Source: the human T2T-CHM13v2.0 reference genome, Homo sapiens. From it: DNA of 64,000 nt. Below the pieces are notes generated by a model, which had not been told where the DNA came from, made no database searches, and worked only from the letters and a program-made list of their open reading frames with translations. The stretch lies in assembly GCF_009914755.1 (NCBI RefSeq), contig NC_060926.1; one strand, 5' to 3'. A program made the translations under genes and the position numbers. Of this stretch, positions 1 to 14,104 are shown in pieces (within the stretch, counting starts at the first letter, position 1; each line of letters starts with the position of its first letter).

Positions 1-13
1 ATATGCGGAAGAA

Positions 14-326
14 TTTTTTTTTTTTTTTTTTTTGAGATGGAGTCTTGCTCTGTCACCCAGGCTGGAGTGCAGTGGTGGGATCTAGACTTACTGCAACCTC
101 TACCTCTCAGGTTCAAGTGATTCTTCTGCCTCAGCCTCCTGAGTAGATGGGATTACAGGAGAGTGCCACCACGCCCAGCTAATTTTTTTTTTTTTTGTAT
201 TTTTAGTAGAGATGGGGTTACACCATGTTGGCCTGGTGGGTCTCAAACTCCTGATCTCGAGTGATCTGCCCACCTTGGCCTCCCAAAGTACCAGGATTAT
301 AGAGGCATGAGCCACCCTGCCCGACC
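14..326 (-). mobile_element. Alu (AluS-type), full length
   Basis: poly-T head followed by GAGATGGAGTCTTGCTCTGTCACCCAGGCTGG, T-rich linker, ends GCCACCCTGCCCGACC. Confidence 0.95.
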
Positions 327-1239
327 TACAGGAAATTTCTGTAAGGACATAAACTATCAGTTAATAGTGGCCAAATAGTGGCTACATCTGAGGAGACTGA
401 GTTCAAAGGTAGGACTGAGACATAGTTTTATTAGGTATCATTTTATACATTTTGTTTAAGTCTATGGTTTACTTTTCTAATTTAAAATGAATTAAGATAA
501 TGTTATCGATGTTCATGTAGGTTTAGAAGAGCATGACTGGTATGTTTTGAGGGAAAATCTTGAGGGAAAGGAAGGAAGACAGAGGGAAGGACATGTGGCC
601 TGCTTTTTTTCATGTAAAGAAAATAGTGTAGGTGTGGGCAAGAAGGGAACTGTAAAATAAAGGTTCTGGCAATCTCTGCTGAAGACCTTCACATCTCATA
701 TCAACTTGAAGTTCTTTTATCTATGAATGCAAATAATAATACAGACATGGATTAAGAGCTTTACAATTTAGAGTGACGATTAACCCAAATTTTGTCTGAT
801 TCTTCCAGGAACGAATGTAAAAGGCTGAGAAGTAAATGATTTGTATATTTACCCAGACATGGGCAAATTAACCTCTTCAAGCCTTAGTTTTCTCAGCTGG
901 ATGCAATTAGCAAAAAGTGGCCAAGCTAAACTTGAATTTCAATTTAGGGTATTGTTCACTGCTGCTTCAAAGGCAAAATAACATCCATGTTTTTACCAAT
1001 AATGGTGTAGGGCTAAAGACAAAACAAATTTTCACGTGTTTCCTCCCCAGAAGCAGCTTATGTTGTCCAAAACTGAAAACTTGGCTTATAGATTCTATTG
1101 TTGGCTCTTGTTGTTATTCAGATTCTTGTAACTTTAAGAGATACAAACCTAAAAAAAAAATGAATTGGCCAAATTAAGTCAAAGATTACAATTTGAATAA
1201 TTTAAGGGTTTTGGGGTTTTACATAAAAGTGCTGTAAAT

Positions 1240-1457
1240 CAGTGGTTTCGGATGGTGATTTTGCTCCATCCCACCCCCCAGGGAACATTTGACAATGTTT
1301 GGTGACATTTCTGGTTGTCAAAACTGGAGGGTGCTAGCAGCATCCAGTGGATAGTGGCCAAGAATGCTGCTAATCATTCTATAATGTACAGGACAGTCCC
1401 TATCACAAATAATTATTTGGACCCAAATGTCAACAGTGCTGAGATAGAGAAACCATG
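1240..1457. mobile_element. MER20-like hAT-Charlie DNA transposon
   Basis: CAGTGGTTT...GGAACATTTGACAATGTTTGGTGACATTTCTGGTTGTCA...CCAAATGTCAACAGTGCTGAGATAGAGAAACCATG resembles MER20. Confidence 0.8.
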
Positions 1458-1539
1458 TTCTAAATGCTAAACTTTTCTACCTTCTTTCCGAAAGATTAAA
1501 TAAATATATTCTGTATTATGAAGCATATATTGTAACGTG

Positions 1540-1750
1540 ACAAGATTTAGATGGAGAAGAGAAGGGGACCAAGGACCAAGCCCTGGGTTTCTCCAATTTT
1601 AATAAGTTACAGAAAACAGGAAAAAACAGCAAGTGAGGATGAAGAGATGGGAGGACAACTCAAAGGATGGTGACCTGGAAGTCAGTGGTAAAAGTGTGTT
1701 AGTAAAGAGATTAGGGTCAATTTGTTCAAATGCTGTGATAGGTCAAGTTA
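1540..1750 (-). mobile_element. L2 LINE fragment
   Basis: purine-rich degenerate match (CAAGCCCTGGG...CAAATGCTGTGATAGGTCAAGT) to antisense L2. Confidence 0.6.
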
Positions 1751-1879
1751 TCTGTTCTTCATAGGTTTTTTAAAAGAATTAAAGTGAGAAATTAACCTAA
1801 TTGAAATTAACAGTATACTTGAAGTCTTTATTGCTCTGCATGATATTTGCATTTTTAAAGGTATGGACAGAAAATGTAG

Positions 1880-2162
1880 CGGGGCGGTGGCTCACCTGTA
1901 ATCCCAGCACTTTGGGAGGCTGAGTCGAGTGGATCACGAGGTCAGGAGATTGACACCATCCTGGCCAACATGGTGAAACCCTGTCTCTACTAAAAACACA
2001 AAAATTAGCTAGGCGTGGTGGCAGGTGCCTGTAATCCCAGCTACTTGGGAGGCAGAGCCAGGAGAATTGCTTGAACCAGGGAGTCAGAGGTTGCAGTGAG
2101 CTGAGAGTGCACCACCGCACTCCAGCCTGGTGACAGAGCGAGACTCCATCCCCCACAAAAAA
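1880..2162 (+). mobile_element. Alu (AluSc-like)
   Basis: Alu dimer; flanking direct repeat AGAAAATGTAG on both sides (TSD). Confidence 0.95.
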
Positions 2163-3007
2163 GAAAATGTAGTAATTACAGGGATCACAGGAGGACTAGC
2201 TGAGGAAATATATAAAGGAGAGGAAACTTCTGTAACTCTCAAATTATAATTCTGAGGCTACTTTCTCTACAAAGGTGGGCTTGTGAGCAAGAAAGTGAAC
2301 AAATCCTATCTTGGACCACCCTACACCACAGCTTGCATGGGAGACAGAGTGCCACCCTCTCCCCTTAGAAACTATGTCTGCAGTTCTTGTCCTCGGGCTC
2401 TCACGAAGTGTCTCTATCCATAGATAAGGTTTCTGAAAACAGAGTTCTAAGGACTAACTTCAGGTGCTTTTCCTCCTGGGACTCCTCTAATGCTAATCCC
2501 CACACTGTCAGGCCTGTGGTGTTCAGGGTTAGTGCAGCAAGGCTCAAAGACAGAGCCAGCTGGAGGACTAGGACACTGGAGCAGCTTTAAGCAAAGCTAA
2601 TGCCTTTGTTGCAAAGGAAATGTTAGAAATCTCGCAGAAAAACAGCTGGGGGAGGGAGGGCAGAGGAGAGAGAGAGAGATAGCCATAAAAAGAAAAGAGA
2701 GGCCACAAAAAAAAAAAAAAAAGATGACCACAAACCCATGGATATTATTACAAACTCTATGGTGTGGGAGAAAACTACATGTCACAATTCTCTTAAAACT
2801 AGATAGATTTTTACAAATTGAATAGTCCAACTCCTTCGTTTTAGAGATGGATTTTAATGTAGAGAGGTTAAATAATTTGTTTTAAATTTTAAGTGAAAGT
2901 GACATTCTTTACCATTCAAAGCAATCAGTGAACCTGATATTGACAAATTTCAAGGTGCTTTCAAAAATCATCATAGATAACAACCAGGGTAAGACTTAGG
3001 GGAAGGA

Positions 3008-3328
<321 letters not shown>

Positions 3329-4179
3329 TCAGTAAGAGATAAATCTCCAAAGCCTTCTCTTTCCCATGCTGATGCTGTATTAAGGCACGGAGAGCCTTTG
3401 CTATCAGGGAGAGGAAGTATTATCTTCCAAAATATTCCAATGAGTATTTATAGGTTATGAAATACAAAAGAAGAAGCCTTGAGTATTCTCCTTTCAGAAG
3501 AATTTAAGTGGCTGCTGAAGTTTTTTTTAAATGAAAATTCTCATCTCTATTTGCACTACAGTCATGATGAATAGGATGCATGGACGACTTTCAAAAGACA
3601 TATGTCAGAAAGTAAACTCCAGTTGACAGGAACTATAGCATAGGGAAATATTTTGGACTGTTTTCAGTTTTTAAGAGATGGGAAAAATAGAAGTGGTGGA
3701 AAATCCAAGCAGATTGTCTTAGTTTTTTATTATTTTTCCTTTTTCTCCTTATAATTGAAGCACTACTTTGAGACTATGGAGTACCATTAAATTCCTATTA
3801 ACTATTAATTTAATATTTGCAAGTATGGATTAGAGATAGGATGGAAATTAATGTCCAAGTGAGTAAAATTCCACATAGTCTTATATTGTTTTTTTTTTTT
3901 TTTTTCTGCTACTGTATTCTTGTGGGTTTTGTTTTTCTTACTCTGGTTGTTTATCTAGGTATATATGCTTTGTAAAAAGCAAACAGAAACAAAACATCTG
4001 TGGCCCCAGGCAATCTTTTCATTAACATTATATCCTAAAAATTATTATGCTAATGTTAAAAATAAAGAAATTGGGACTCAGAGGGATTAAATAACATATA
4101 TATCCATGAAGCTAGCAACTGAAAGTCTACGACTACATTTTGAATGTTCTCTCCAAATCAGAACTAGCGTTCTAGAATA

Positions 4180-4340
4180 GTTGTTGTTAAAGTTTATTAT
4201 GCATAAGAACCAACAAGGCACACGTTAAACATCCAGATTTCTGGGCCCTTCCATGGAGACTGATTCCTACTCTAACTCAGATGGATTCCAAGAGTCTGCA
4301 TTGTTAACAAACATTCCATCTTCCATACTTTAAGAACCTT
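4180..4340. mobile_element. MER5-family DNA transposon remnant
   Basis: CAGATTTCTGGGCCC...GACTGATTC...GTCTGCATTGTTAACAA motif. Confidence 0.55.
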
Positions 4341-5852
4341 GGGACCATATTGGAGTTTCAGCTTCGGAATTCTTCTTTGGGAAAAGCCATATCAACAAGA
4401 TTTCAATGAATAGAAATGGGAAGCTTTAAAAAAATAGAAAGGAAAGTTGGTAGGAGTAGTTTTTTACCAAGAGAGAAACTGGAGCAGAGAATAGCTTCAC
4501 AGCAGAGAGGAAAAATGCAGATGACTTAGAGCCATCCATTAAGGGATAGTTTCCCATATTGAGTTAGATAAAGTATGAAGTATTTTAGTTGAAAATATTT
4601 TTGAGCAAGGAAGATTAATGTGCATAGAAGAAATGTACAAATCATAGCATTTAGAATAGGATGACCCTTTTGAACCTACAAATAGGGCACTTGGCTGAAT
4701 TGGTTCCTACCTCCACTGCTGCAATTAGAAACCATGAATGTGCAGATATACAGGCAATGCCATTTTGTATATGCTAGAAAATAATTTATTTTGAGAGGGG
4801 TTTTCATATGATGGGTTTCTAGACCTCTAGAGAGAGGTAAAGTTTCCTTTATAAGATGAGAACCTACTGAAGTCAGATGAAAACCTCCCCAATTGCTTGA
4901 CAATAAATCTTCCCAGAGAAAAGTCCTCAGCCATTTCATGTGAAATGATGACTCATGAAAATGAAATAGTACACTGTACAGAAATCTTCCAATTCTAGTT
5001 TTTCTCCTAGCTGACTTCTAGGTTGGAAAGCTTAAGGTCAAAGATTAGTGGTGCCAAAACATGCTCATTTTAGGCTAATCTCTACATTTCCTACTGCCAG
5101 TCTCTGACCAGTTTTTAAATTTTCAGAGCTTTTTGGCATGCTATGTATTTCTCTTACTTTGACAGAAGGATGACATACTATTCACTTTGATCCAACCTCA
5201 AGACCCAAAGGATAAGGTTAATAAGGAACTGAATCTTTCAGGACAATGCACTTTACCAAACAGTAGTCAGTGACTAAATATTTTTGGTAACTGATTGATG
5301 AAAGCACTCATCAAAAAACCATAGTCCATGGACAAGTCCATCAGAAGAAATTAAGGAAAATTGGAAAAAAGGAAGAATGAAGGGGAGGGAGGGAAGAGGG
5401 AAAAGAACAAAAGGAAAAATGAACATAAAACCTTACATGTAGTTGAGGCACAACAATGGACTATACGAGAAACTTTTGGCTTGTCAGTGAATACAGCTTG
5501 TCAGGCATTATCAAGTGTAAATCCTCTTCCTCCCCACTTTTCCCGCTCTTGATAATGACCCAAGCAATAATATTTTATGCAACAAGAATGACTTAAATAA
5601 GACACCTATGAAGAAGGCCACAGATGACTTCATAACCGTATGCATATGTACATACAGAATCCACATGGAGTGAATGTTGCCTATTAACAAAACTGTGAAA
5701 TCTGAGTTAGAAACAAAGCTCAGCTTGGACTGAATATATAAAAAAATCAGTGAACAGAAGATATTTTCAAATGGACACTTACATAAATACAGCATTCCAA
5801 GGGAAAATTCCAGCCTCAGATGCACTTATTTCATGAAGACTCAATATTTTAT

Positions 5853-6015
5853 AGCAATGGTTTTCCAAAGTTAAGTTGCTTAAGATCTAGGGTGCTTATT
5901 AAAAATGCAAAGTGTCTGGACCCACCCTGATCTAAGGAATTATAATTTCCAGGGATGAGAGTGAAAATCTATATGTATAACATGTACTCCAGGTGATCCT
6001 GACGTAGGTTGTTTT
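5853..6015. mobile_element. MER5-family DNA transposon remnant
   Basis: GGGTGCTTATTAAAAATGCA...GGACCCACCC...CTCCAGGTGATCCTGA motif. Confidence 0.6.
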
Positions 6016-6959
6016 AGACTTTATTTGAGATACACACTCTCCAATGTACATAAAGTCAAGAACCAGATTATTCTCCAACCATTTCCTGCAGATAGTCACA
6101 CCAGCCTTGGACATGCCGGGTCATCCAATTCAATTATTAAACACAATGTCTTTCATTTGGAGAGATAGAAGATTGATAAATCTAGAAAAAGATTAGGAAT
6201 GATGAGATGAATAGATTATCAATAGATTTCATGAAACAGGTTCGATTCAATTTGGGCCTTGAATGATGGTAGAGTTAATTATTTTGGCAAAGGCATTGAG
6301 GTATAAAATGTTTTTCTTTAAAACTGTTAGAATTTATTATTAAAATGATAAACTTCTTTATCTTTTCAGCTGGAGGGCTTAGCAATGCTTCCAGCACATA
6401 TGAAATCATCAATAACTCTTAGTTGAATTAGTAAATTACATGACCACAAAAAAGTAAATCTACTTAAAAAAACACACACAAAATCCTACCACCTTGACAA
6501 AACTTCATGATTTTTGTTGATGATGCTGTTGTTTTGATTTTTATTTCAAATTCTTCATTTCTTATTTGTATAGTTTGAATAGTTATAGTAATAAAGATAT
6601 AATTTTCTTTGGTTTTATAAGTTATATAATGGCACATACATTTTCCATCTTGATTTAGAATATTCATAATTATTCTAGTAGCAAAAGAATAAATAAAATG
6701 GATGTATTGTAATGTACATACCTATTCTGTGTTTTTTAGATAATGGACGCATTTCTATTCTGCATTTCTGCTTTGTAAATAACAATTTTCTTCCTTTGTA
6801 TTTTTTTCATAACATAAGTGACCATAAATGAGATTACTAGACTAAAGACATAGTGTTTTTATAGATCTTGAAACAATCTGTTAAACTACTTTTCAAAAGA
6901 CTTGTTCTAATTTTCACATTGTCTCAAGCATGCTATGTTCTATAACATCTTTACTGGCA

Positions 6960-7340
6960 TGAACATGCTGTCTTTTCTATCTGGGGACGCCCTTTTCCCA
7001 TTTAAATAAAAAATCTTGGTAAACTCCTACACATTGTTTTGTACTAAGCTCAAATGCTATTCTTTCTTGCAGCCTTTCCAAATCCTCTAGGAAGACTTAG
7101 TCATTATTTCCATTGTGTTTCCATAGTACTTTGTAATAATACTATTTGGGGCACTTATTCAAATAGCTCTGTGTTTGTTATAGTTTGTATATTTCTTTTC
7201 TTTTTCCTAGATTATTAGCAACTCAAGGGATGAGCCGCTGTCCACTTCATCTTTGGAACGTCAGCTTCTAGCACAGGGGCTGGTTATATTAGACATTCAA
7301 TAAATGTTTGTTAAGCAAATGAGGAATAAATGAGTAAATG
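6960..7340 (+). mobile_element. L2 LINE 3' end
   Basis: ends CTAGCACAGGGGCTGG...ATTCAATAAATGTTTGTTAAGCAAATGAGGAATAAATG, typical L2 tail. Confidence 0.75.
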
Positions 7341-7880
7341 TCAATGTGATACTCAAGTCAAAATCTGTGGCTGTATGTTGGGTAAAAATGCTTTCTTTCC
7401 TTAAGTGTTTTATAGGTCATTTAGTACTAGGAACATTTATATTTTTACAGGTCTTTTAAATTATATTTTTATACTTTTAATATTTATATATTTTGTAGGT
7501 CTACATTTTTAATACCTTTGCTGATGACTTTCAGGCTTAGATAGCACAATTCTGTGATATGCTGTGAGTCAGATCTTTGAGTCCTTTAGATAATGACTTT
7601 TAGGTATTCTGGAATTAGAAAATGTCTTTTTCTAGTTCATACAGAAACAACTTTTGTTAATTAAGTGTTAGGACTAGTAAATAAGATTAGAAATCACCTG
7701 TGGAGAACACAGCATGTACATGGCCCCACTGTAGATGGAATAAATGTTTTAAAATAACTGCTGATAAATTATTTAACAAAATATAATCAATAATTATTCT
7801 AACATATATCACTGTGCATTTTGTTGCATTACATATATTCTCTCATTTTCTCTCTACCAAAACTGGTAAGAAATACAAAG

Positions 7881-8177
7881 ACTGGACACTGTGGCTCCTT
7901 CCTGTACTTTGGGAGGCTGAGGCAGGAGGATTACTTGAGGCCAAGAGTTTGAGATCAGCCTGGGCAATAGAGTGAGATCTCATTTCTACTAAAATTAAAA
8001 AAAAAGATTAGCTGGGTGTGGTAATATAGCACCTGTAGTCTCAGCTACTCAGGAAGCTGAAGTGGGAAGATCACTTGAGCCTAAGAGGCTGAGGCTGCAG
8101 TGAGCTGTGATCATGGCACTGCACTCCAGTGCGGTCAATAGAGTGAGACCTGGTTTCAAAAAATTAAGAAAAAAAAA
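7881..8177 (+). mobile_element. Alu (AluJ)
   Basis: GGAGGATTACTTGAGGCCAAGAGTTTGAGATCAGCCTGGGCAATAG; J-type right arm. Confidence 0.9.
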
Positions 8178-8701
8178 TCAGAAAAAGCAAATACAGACAA
8201 AGCAAGTATACCATAAATGTAATTTGAAAGATAAGTAATCTAACACACAGAAATGTGGCTAGCAAGTGGAAAAATCAGAACCAGAATTCACATATTTTAA
8301 GCCACATTTTAGCCTTCATTCTAGTAAAATCACTACACCCAACTGAATTTTGCTAATTTCAAACTGAGAAAATGAGATCTGACGTCGTATAAACTAAACA
8401 GGTGTTTTAAAAACAAACAGAAACTTCTCTAGCAATAAAAACTTTTTTTCCAAAATAATGCTTATGAATAATTCAATATAAAAAACAATATCAGAGGACT
8501 CATATTGAAGTGAGTGGCCAGTGAAGGGGGGCTCCTTTCTCTCCTCTTTTATGGCTCTTGGTAGTTCCTAGAGCTTGCACTCAGGAAAGCACTGTATTGG
8601 GCCATTTCTTTACTTAGTCATTCAGTCATTAATACATCTTACAGCCTAACTAGGTACAAAGAATTGTGGGAAAGATAAATACAAGACAAAGTCCTTTGAG
8701 A

Positions 8702-8706
8702 ACACA

Positions 8707-8741
<35 letters not shown>
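8702..8741. repeat. (CA)n microsatellite
   Basis: directly visible AC dinucleotide run. Confidence 0.95.
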
Positions 8742-8743
<2 letters not shown>

Positions 8744-8999
8744 TAGTATATTATAAATGCCACAGAAGTTATATTGCATAGTAGTAAGCATTCTGAAAGT
8801 TCAGAGAAGAATGATGTCTAGTCCCATACCCTGGATTGAGTTCCACATGTCCACCTAAGGACACACAGATTTTGTTTCTTATTTGGTGACTTGGTACAAA
8901 CCATTTAATCTGCCTATTTGGGCATCCATTCCTGAGAAATAAAAGTGATCAATGTTGCCAATCCAATGCATGTAATATGTGACTATAGGGAGAGAATAA

Positions 9000-9220
9000 C
9001 TTAGTGGAGAGAATGGGGCAGTGAAATCAGACAGATCTGGTTTTACAGCTTTGGCACTTAGATTGAGCTAGTTAGTTCAACTTCTCTAAGTCACAGCTGT
9101 TTCACCCATAAAATGAGAGTAACAGCAATATATACCTTTTGAAAATTTCCATAAGGTATCAATAAGATAAAATATAACACCTAGCAGAGAAACTAGCATA
9201 GATTCAATGGTCAATAAATA
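9000..9220 (+). mobile_element. MIR SINE
   Basis: ATCAGACAGATCTGG...AACTTCTCTAAG...TAAAATGAG core. Confidence 0.65.
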
Positions 9221-10585
9221 GCAGAAATCCTTATTAACTATTAAGATGAAGAAGTTACATCTAGGATTTGCATAGACTATTTTGATTCTACGATTCAATA
9301 AATTTTATTTTTGACATAACTCATTCACCGTGGAAGAAATTAGTGTTCTATATTTAATGAAGACCAAAGACTTTGGCTTGGTAAATACTATTCTTAGAAT
9401 TTTCCTCCTTTTCAAGCTGTATAGATTCATGTGAAGCCTGGAAAAGACGCTACTATGTTTTATTTTGCAATGCACTAGATTTTGCTTGTACTCTTTAGAA
9501 AATGTTAGGCTTTATTTCAGTCGTCATTTGTGCATAAACTCTAGTCAGATCAAGCAAAAACAATGAAGTCATTAGTGTGCACTGAGTTTAGTCACTTCTT
9601 TAAATGCTACATTAATTGCTTTGAGATTCTCTACTTCCACTGTGACAAGCAAGACAAATGGAGTTTACCTGCAGGACACATCAACAGTCACCTTCCCAGC
9701 AAGCTGGCTACAACCTCATCTGCTCCTTTTCACTTAAGAAGGCATACTGTCATGCAAATGAGTGAGAATGATAACACAGACAAAATCTTGAATCTACATT
9801 GCTTGATATTTACAACAAAAAAAAAATATTCACTCACTTTGGAAGTTAAACCATTATTAGTAATACTGACAACACATTTCACATTTGATGGGGCCATACC
9901 AATATGTAACAATTTATGGTACAGAATCACTTCATGGTATGACCCAAGGAAATGTACTTCATTTGTGGAATAATTAAAAGTCCATCCTTTCTGTGAAGAA
10001 AATGCTTTATACTCTGAAGACCACTATCATGAATTAAAAAATCCAGTATCACAAATTGTAGACAACCTAAAAGAATGTTAACTTAATAATATGTGACTTC
10101 GATCTAAATGAAGTGATAAATTGGCCAGAAACTCAGATGCCACAGGGCACATATGTTACATAAATAATCACATAAATAATCTAGCATTTCTCTAAAGCAG
10201 CGATTCTCAATTTTGGTCTTAGATCTTATTGTCACTGTTAAAAATAATTGAAAACTCCAAAGACATACATATTGTTTATGTAGATTACATATGTGGATAT
10301 TTACTCTATTAGAAATTAAAGGTGATAAAAGTTAAATATTTAACTGATTTAAAAATAACAATAAACCCATTAACATAAATTTAAAAAGGAACTACATTTT
10401 CAAAAACATACATTTTAAAGAAAATAATACTGTTTTACATTTTTGCAGATCTTTTCAATATCTTTTAAATTAGAAGACTGGGGCTCATATTTGCTTCTGC
10501 AATCTATTGCAATATTTCATGTCATGTAGTCTCTAAAAAATTCCACTGTATCCTTATGAAACAATGAGAATGAAAAGGGTAAAGT

Positions 10586-11260
10586 TTTTTCTTTTTTTGT
10601 TGACATATAATAACTACATATTTATGAGATACAGAGTGATATTTTGATACATGCATACAACATGTAATAATCAAATAAGTGTAATTAGCATATCCATAAT
10701 CTCACACATTTATCATGTCTTTGTTTTGGGAACACTCAAAGTCCTCTCTTCTAGCTTTTTGAAAATATACATTAGGTTGGGTATGGTCACTCACACCTAT
10801 AATTTCAGCACTTTGGGAGGCCAAGGCAGGTGGATTGCTTGAGCCCAGGAGTTTGAGACCAGCCTGGGCAACATGGCAAAACCCCATCTCTACAAAAAAT
10901 ACAAAAAATTAGCCAGGTGGGGTGGTGCACACCTGCAGTTCCAGTTACTTGGGAGGCTGAAGTGGGAGGACCACCTGAGCTGGGCAGGTTGAGGCTGCAG
11001 TGAGCCACTGCATTCCAGCTTGGCTGACAGAGTGAGAAAAAAAAAAGAAAATATACATTAAATTATTATTAACCATATTTACCCTGCAGTACTATAGAAC
11101 ACTAGCACTTATTCCTCCTTATCTAACTGTAATTTTGTATCTGTTAGCCAACTTCTCCCTATTCTTACTTCCCCCTTTACCTTTCCCAGCCTACAATTCT
11201 GCTCTCTATTTCAATGAGCTAAATTTCTCTTAGCTCCCACATATGAGTGAGAACATGCAG
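10586..11260 (-). mobile_element. L1MA-type 3' end, interrupted by AluJ
   Basis: TGATATTTTGATACATGCATACAACATGTAATAATCAAAT...TAGCTCCCACATATGAGTGAGAACATGCAGT, antisense L1MA 3' UTR. Confidence 0.85.
10775..11046 (+). mobile_element. Alu (AluJ)
   Basis: Alu dimer; perfect 14-bp TSD GAAAATATACATTA at 10761-10774 and 11047-11060. Confidence 0.95.
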
Positions 11261-13296
11261 TAAAATTTTAGTATTATTTTGAAAATAATTTTGACCTCAC
11301 TGAAAAGGTCTTACAACACTCCTTTCCCCTGTCCTAAGCCTTGGCCTCCCAAGACTTCTAGATCATATTTTGAGAAACACTGCTCTGTTTTTATAATATT
11401 TAGAGCATATATTATTTATTATTTTTTGTGTCTAATTTACATATATGTCCTATTGTTGTTTCCCTATTTGAAATTTTCCTGATGGAGATCATCATTACAA
11501 ACCTTAGGTATCACTTTACAGCATGTGGTAAGCCTGCCTGGAACCACAGTGTACCTCAACATGTAATATTGATTCAATGACCCATTGATAGATTGAAGCC
11601 TATAGTGTCTTATGGTCCCTTTAATGACCTTTAAAATATGTGATATAGTAGTATTTGTATAGTTTGTCAAATTTTGAGCCCATTATGTCAACATTCTACC
11701 TAAATAGAAGGATGAGCTAATCATACATAAATTTATTCTAGATGAAACAACGTTTTTTTTTTTTGACTCAGCTGTGACTTTTGGAAAAGAAACTAGAATT
11801 CTAGAGAAGTTATTATTATACATTTTTTTCCTATAAAATTTATCCTAACATATCAGGCAATATTTTAAGGTCTAATCAATTTATATATTTAGTTGTAATT
11901 TCACAATTACAAAACAATTGAAAGCAAAAATATGAAAATCATCAGTTTGAATTGATTTGAAGCTATAGTTTCCTATGTCTATGAGTGGAACAAAAAAAGT
12001 AACAAATATTACTTTTATGTGTTCTACTGCCAAATCAGATCCTTTGAAAGGCACCCACTTAGTAACTTGGAAATGAAACATTTATACATTCATCCCTGCT
12101 AAATTGCTGCAAAATGTGATGGTTGGGAAATATATATTAAAGAGTGAAACAGTCCTCCTAAATTAAAGGTTTTCTTACATAAGAAATAATTTCTTTGACT
12201 CTTTGAAAATGGTTCCATTATCTCCTAATCTAGGAAACCCACAGAGAAAGACTTAGTGTCTGCCATTACCTTGGTAATCAGATAATTATTCTGACTATTC
12301 TATCAGAAAAAAAAAAACTGTACATACTGAAAAGAAGACTCTTTCCTGCTAAAATCTGGGTAAACAAAATAGCTGCTAGACTGGGAAACAAAAAGAGGGG
12401 TCACAGATCTGAGTTGACTCTTCCTTTTTCATGAGTCATAGGACAGCAGATATACTAGTTGTCTTTTGCTTTCAGAAGAGTTTTACATTACCTAAACTCA
12501 TGGCTGAATCACAAAGTACATGGCCAGAAGACTTAGTGACTTAGTAACAGAGTTCTCTTAGACATTTTACCCTCCTTAAACTAATTTTGGTCTTGACACA
12601 GTTAACTATTAAAAAAAAAAAAAAGCCCTGAAGCCTGCCTATTCACCTCTGAGCACTGAGAATGAATTGAATTATCACCGTACAAATAAATTTGGGAAGC
12701 AAGATAATGGGAGGGAAAAGAGATGATTAATATTTGAACTGTAAAGCATATATGTCTGAAATTTAATTATTAACAAATGTGCATTGATGCAATTATGTAC
12801 CATTACATAGCAGAGTTAAGAAATCTAAATTAACTAAATTGCAAATGCTATAACTAAACTTATAACAAGTTATTTTAAAAATTAAAACTCTCATCAGTTG
12901 AAAACTATATCCAACAGAAATCAGGCAGGAATTTCTACCACCTGTTCATATGCATGTACAGTGGGAATCTGAAGCATTGCCCAGCACAACGTGGCAGCCA
13001 GACTCTAGATTATTCCATTTGAGTTCTGAGTAACTGTAATTGTATGCTATTTTAAGCTTATGAATGCTAAGATTGTTTAATTCTTAATAAGCTGATAGGT
13101 AGCCCTTAATTGCATGATGAAAATCCAAGTCCAATGGCTTGTGTGCCACTTGCCTATAAAAAGCAAATAAAGGACTTACATTTCTGGTTCAGGTTGTAAT
13201 CCACCAAGTGAAACCTTGGGGTCTTTAAGCTAAGGATCTTTACTTGAAAATCACTGTTTTATAGCTTATTAAATTTCCATGTCAAAAATATCAAAG

Positions 13297-13440
13297 AAGT
13301 CATTCAACAAACATGTATTGGGTCTACTAAGTGGCAGGTCTCTTTAGGACTCTGCAGATGCAGTAGTAGCAAATGTGATAACAAGGCTCTAAGTGAATTC
13401 ATCTTCTATTTGAAGAAAGTCAGAAAACCAACAGCCAACC
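13297..13440 (-). mobile_element. L2 3' end fragment
   Basis: CATTCAACAAACATGTATTGGGTCTACTAAGTGGCAGG, antisense L2 tail; resumes after the LTR. Confidence 0.65.
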
Positions 13441-13451
13441 AACAAACCGGT

Positions 13452-14060
13452 CAATGCACTCCAGGGAAAGACCATGAGGAGCATACCTTTACTTGAACAA
13501 GTGAGTTTATTAATTGTTGTAGCAAGGAAGAACACACACCACACGAAGCCATGAAGTATCTTAGTAAGATACTAAGTAAGGGCATTAGTAAAGGCATATT
13601 AAAAAGAATTCAGGCTTATTTGGTGATTCTGGGGAGGGTTTAAGAAAACAGGACTTTGTTCTGTACTGGATGCTGCCAGAAAGTAGAAGCAATTCTAGGA
13701 TTGGATAGCTCAATAAATCTTATCTATAGCAAGAGCAGACTAGAGTGAGAATAAAGTTATGATTGGTAGGAAAGTAGTATTCAACTTAACCAATAAGATG
13801 GTTTGACATTTTATGGGTTATATAGTGACACCAATTTTTATCTGTTTTTTAATGAAAAAATGACATAGCATTATTTTCACTCACTTTATTATGGTCTTAG
13901 TGTGACTGTGTTTCATGTTGGTACTCTATGAAGTTATTTCTCTCTAATGGGTGAACAATATCATCTACCTGTGGGCTCCAGGCCAGCTTCTAACAATGCT
14001 GAGGCCTCACTTACGGATTAGATCAGTTCCCAGACAACAGGGGCTACTTTTCCCTTTCAA
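13452..14060 (-). mobile_element. Solo ERV LTR (MER-type, subfamily uncertain)
   Basis: GGTGATTCTGGGGAGGGTTTAAG...TGGATGCTGCCAG...CCAGGCCAGCTTCT...CCCTTTCA end; interrupts L2. Confidence 0.7.
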
Positions 14061-14104
14061 TCATGCAACCAGCCAAGCAATAAATTAAAAAAAAAAAAAA
14101 CTAT

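Larger units (their letters stand above)
10198..11382. mobile_element. hAT DNA transposon (Charlie/Arthur-like) split by L1 and Alu
   Basis: terminal inverted repeats CAGCGATTCTCAA (10198) and TTGAGAAACACTG (11370-11382); body continues on both sides of the L1. Confidence 0.7.

Noticed and set aside
4945-5014. ATGATGA...CTGA C/D-box-like pair
   Set aside because: Terminal stem is weak, no guide is recognisable, and such pairs are common by chance.
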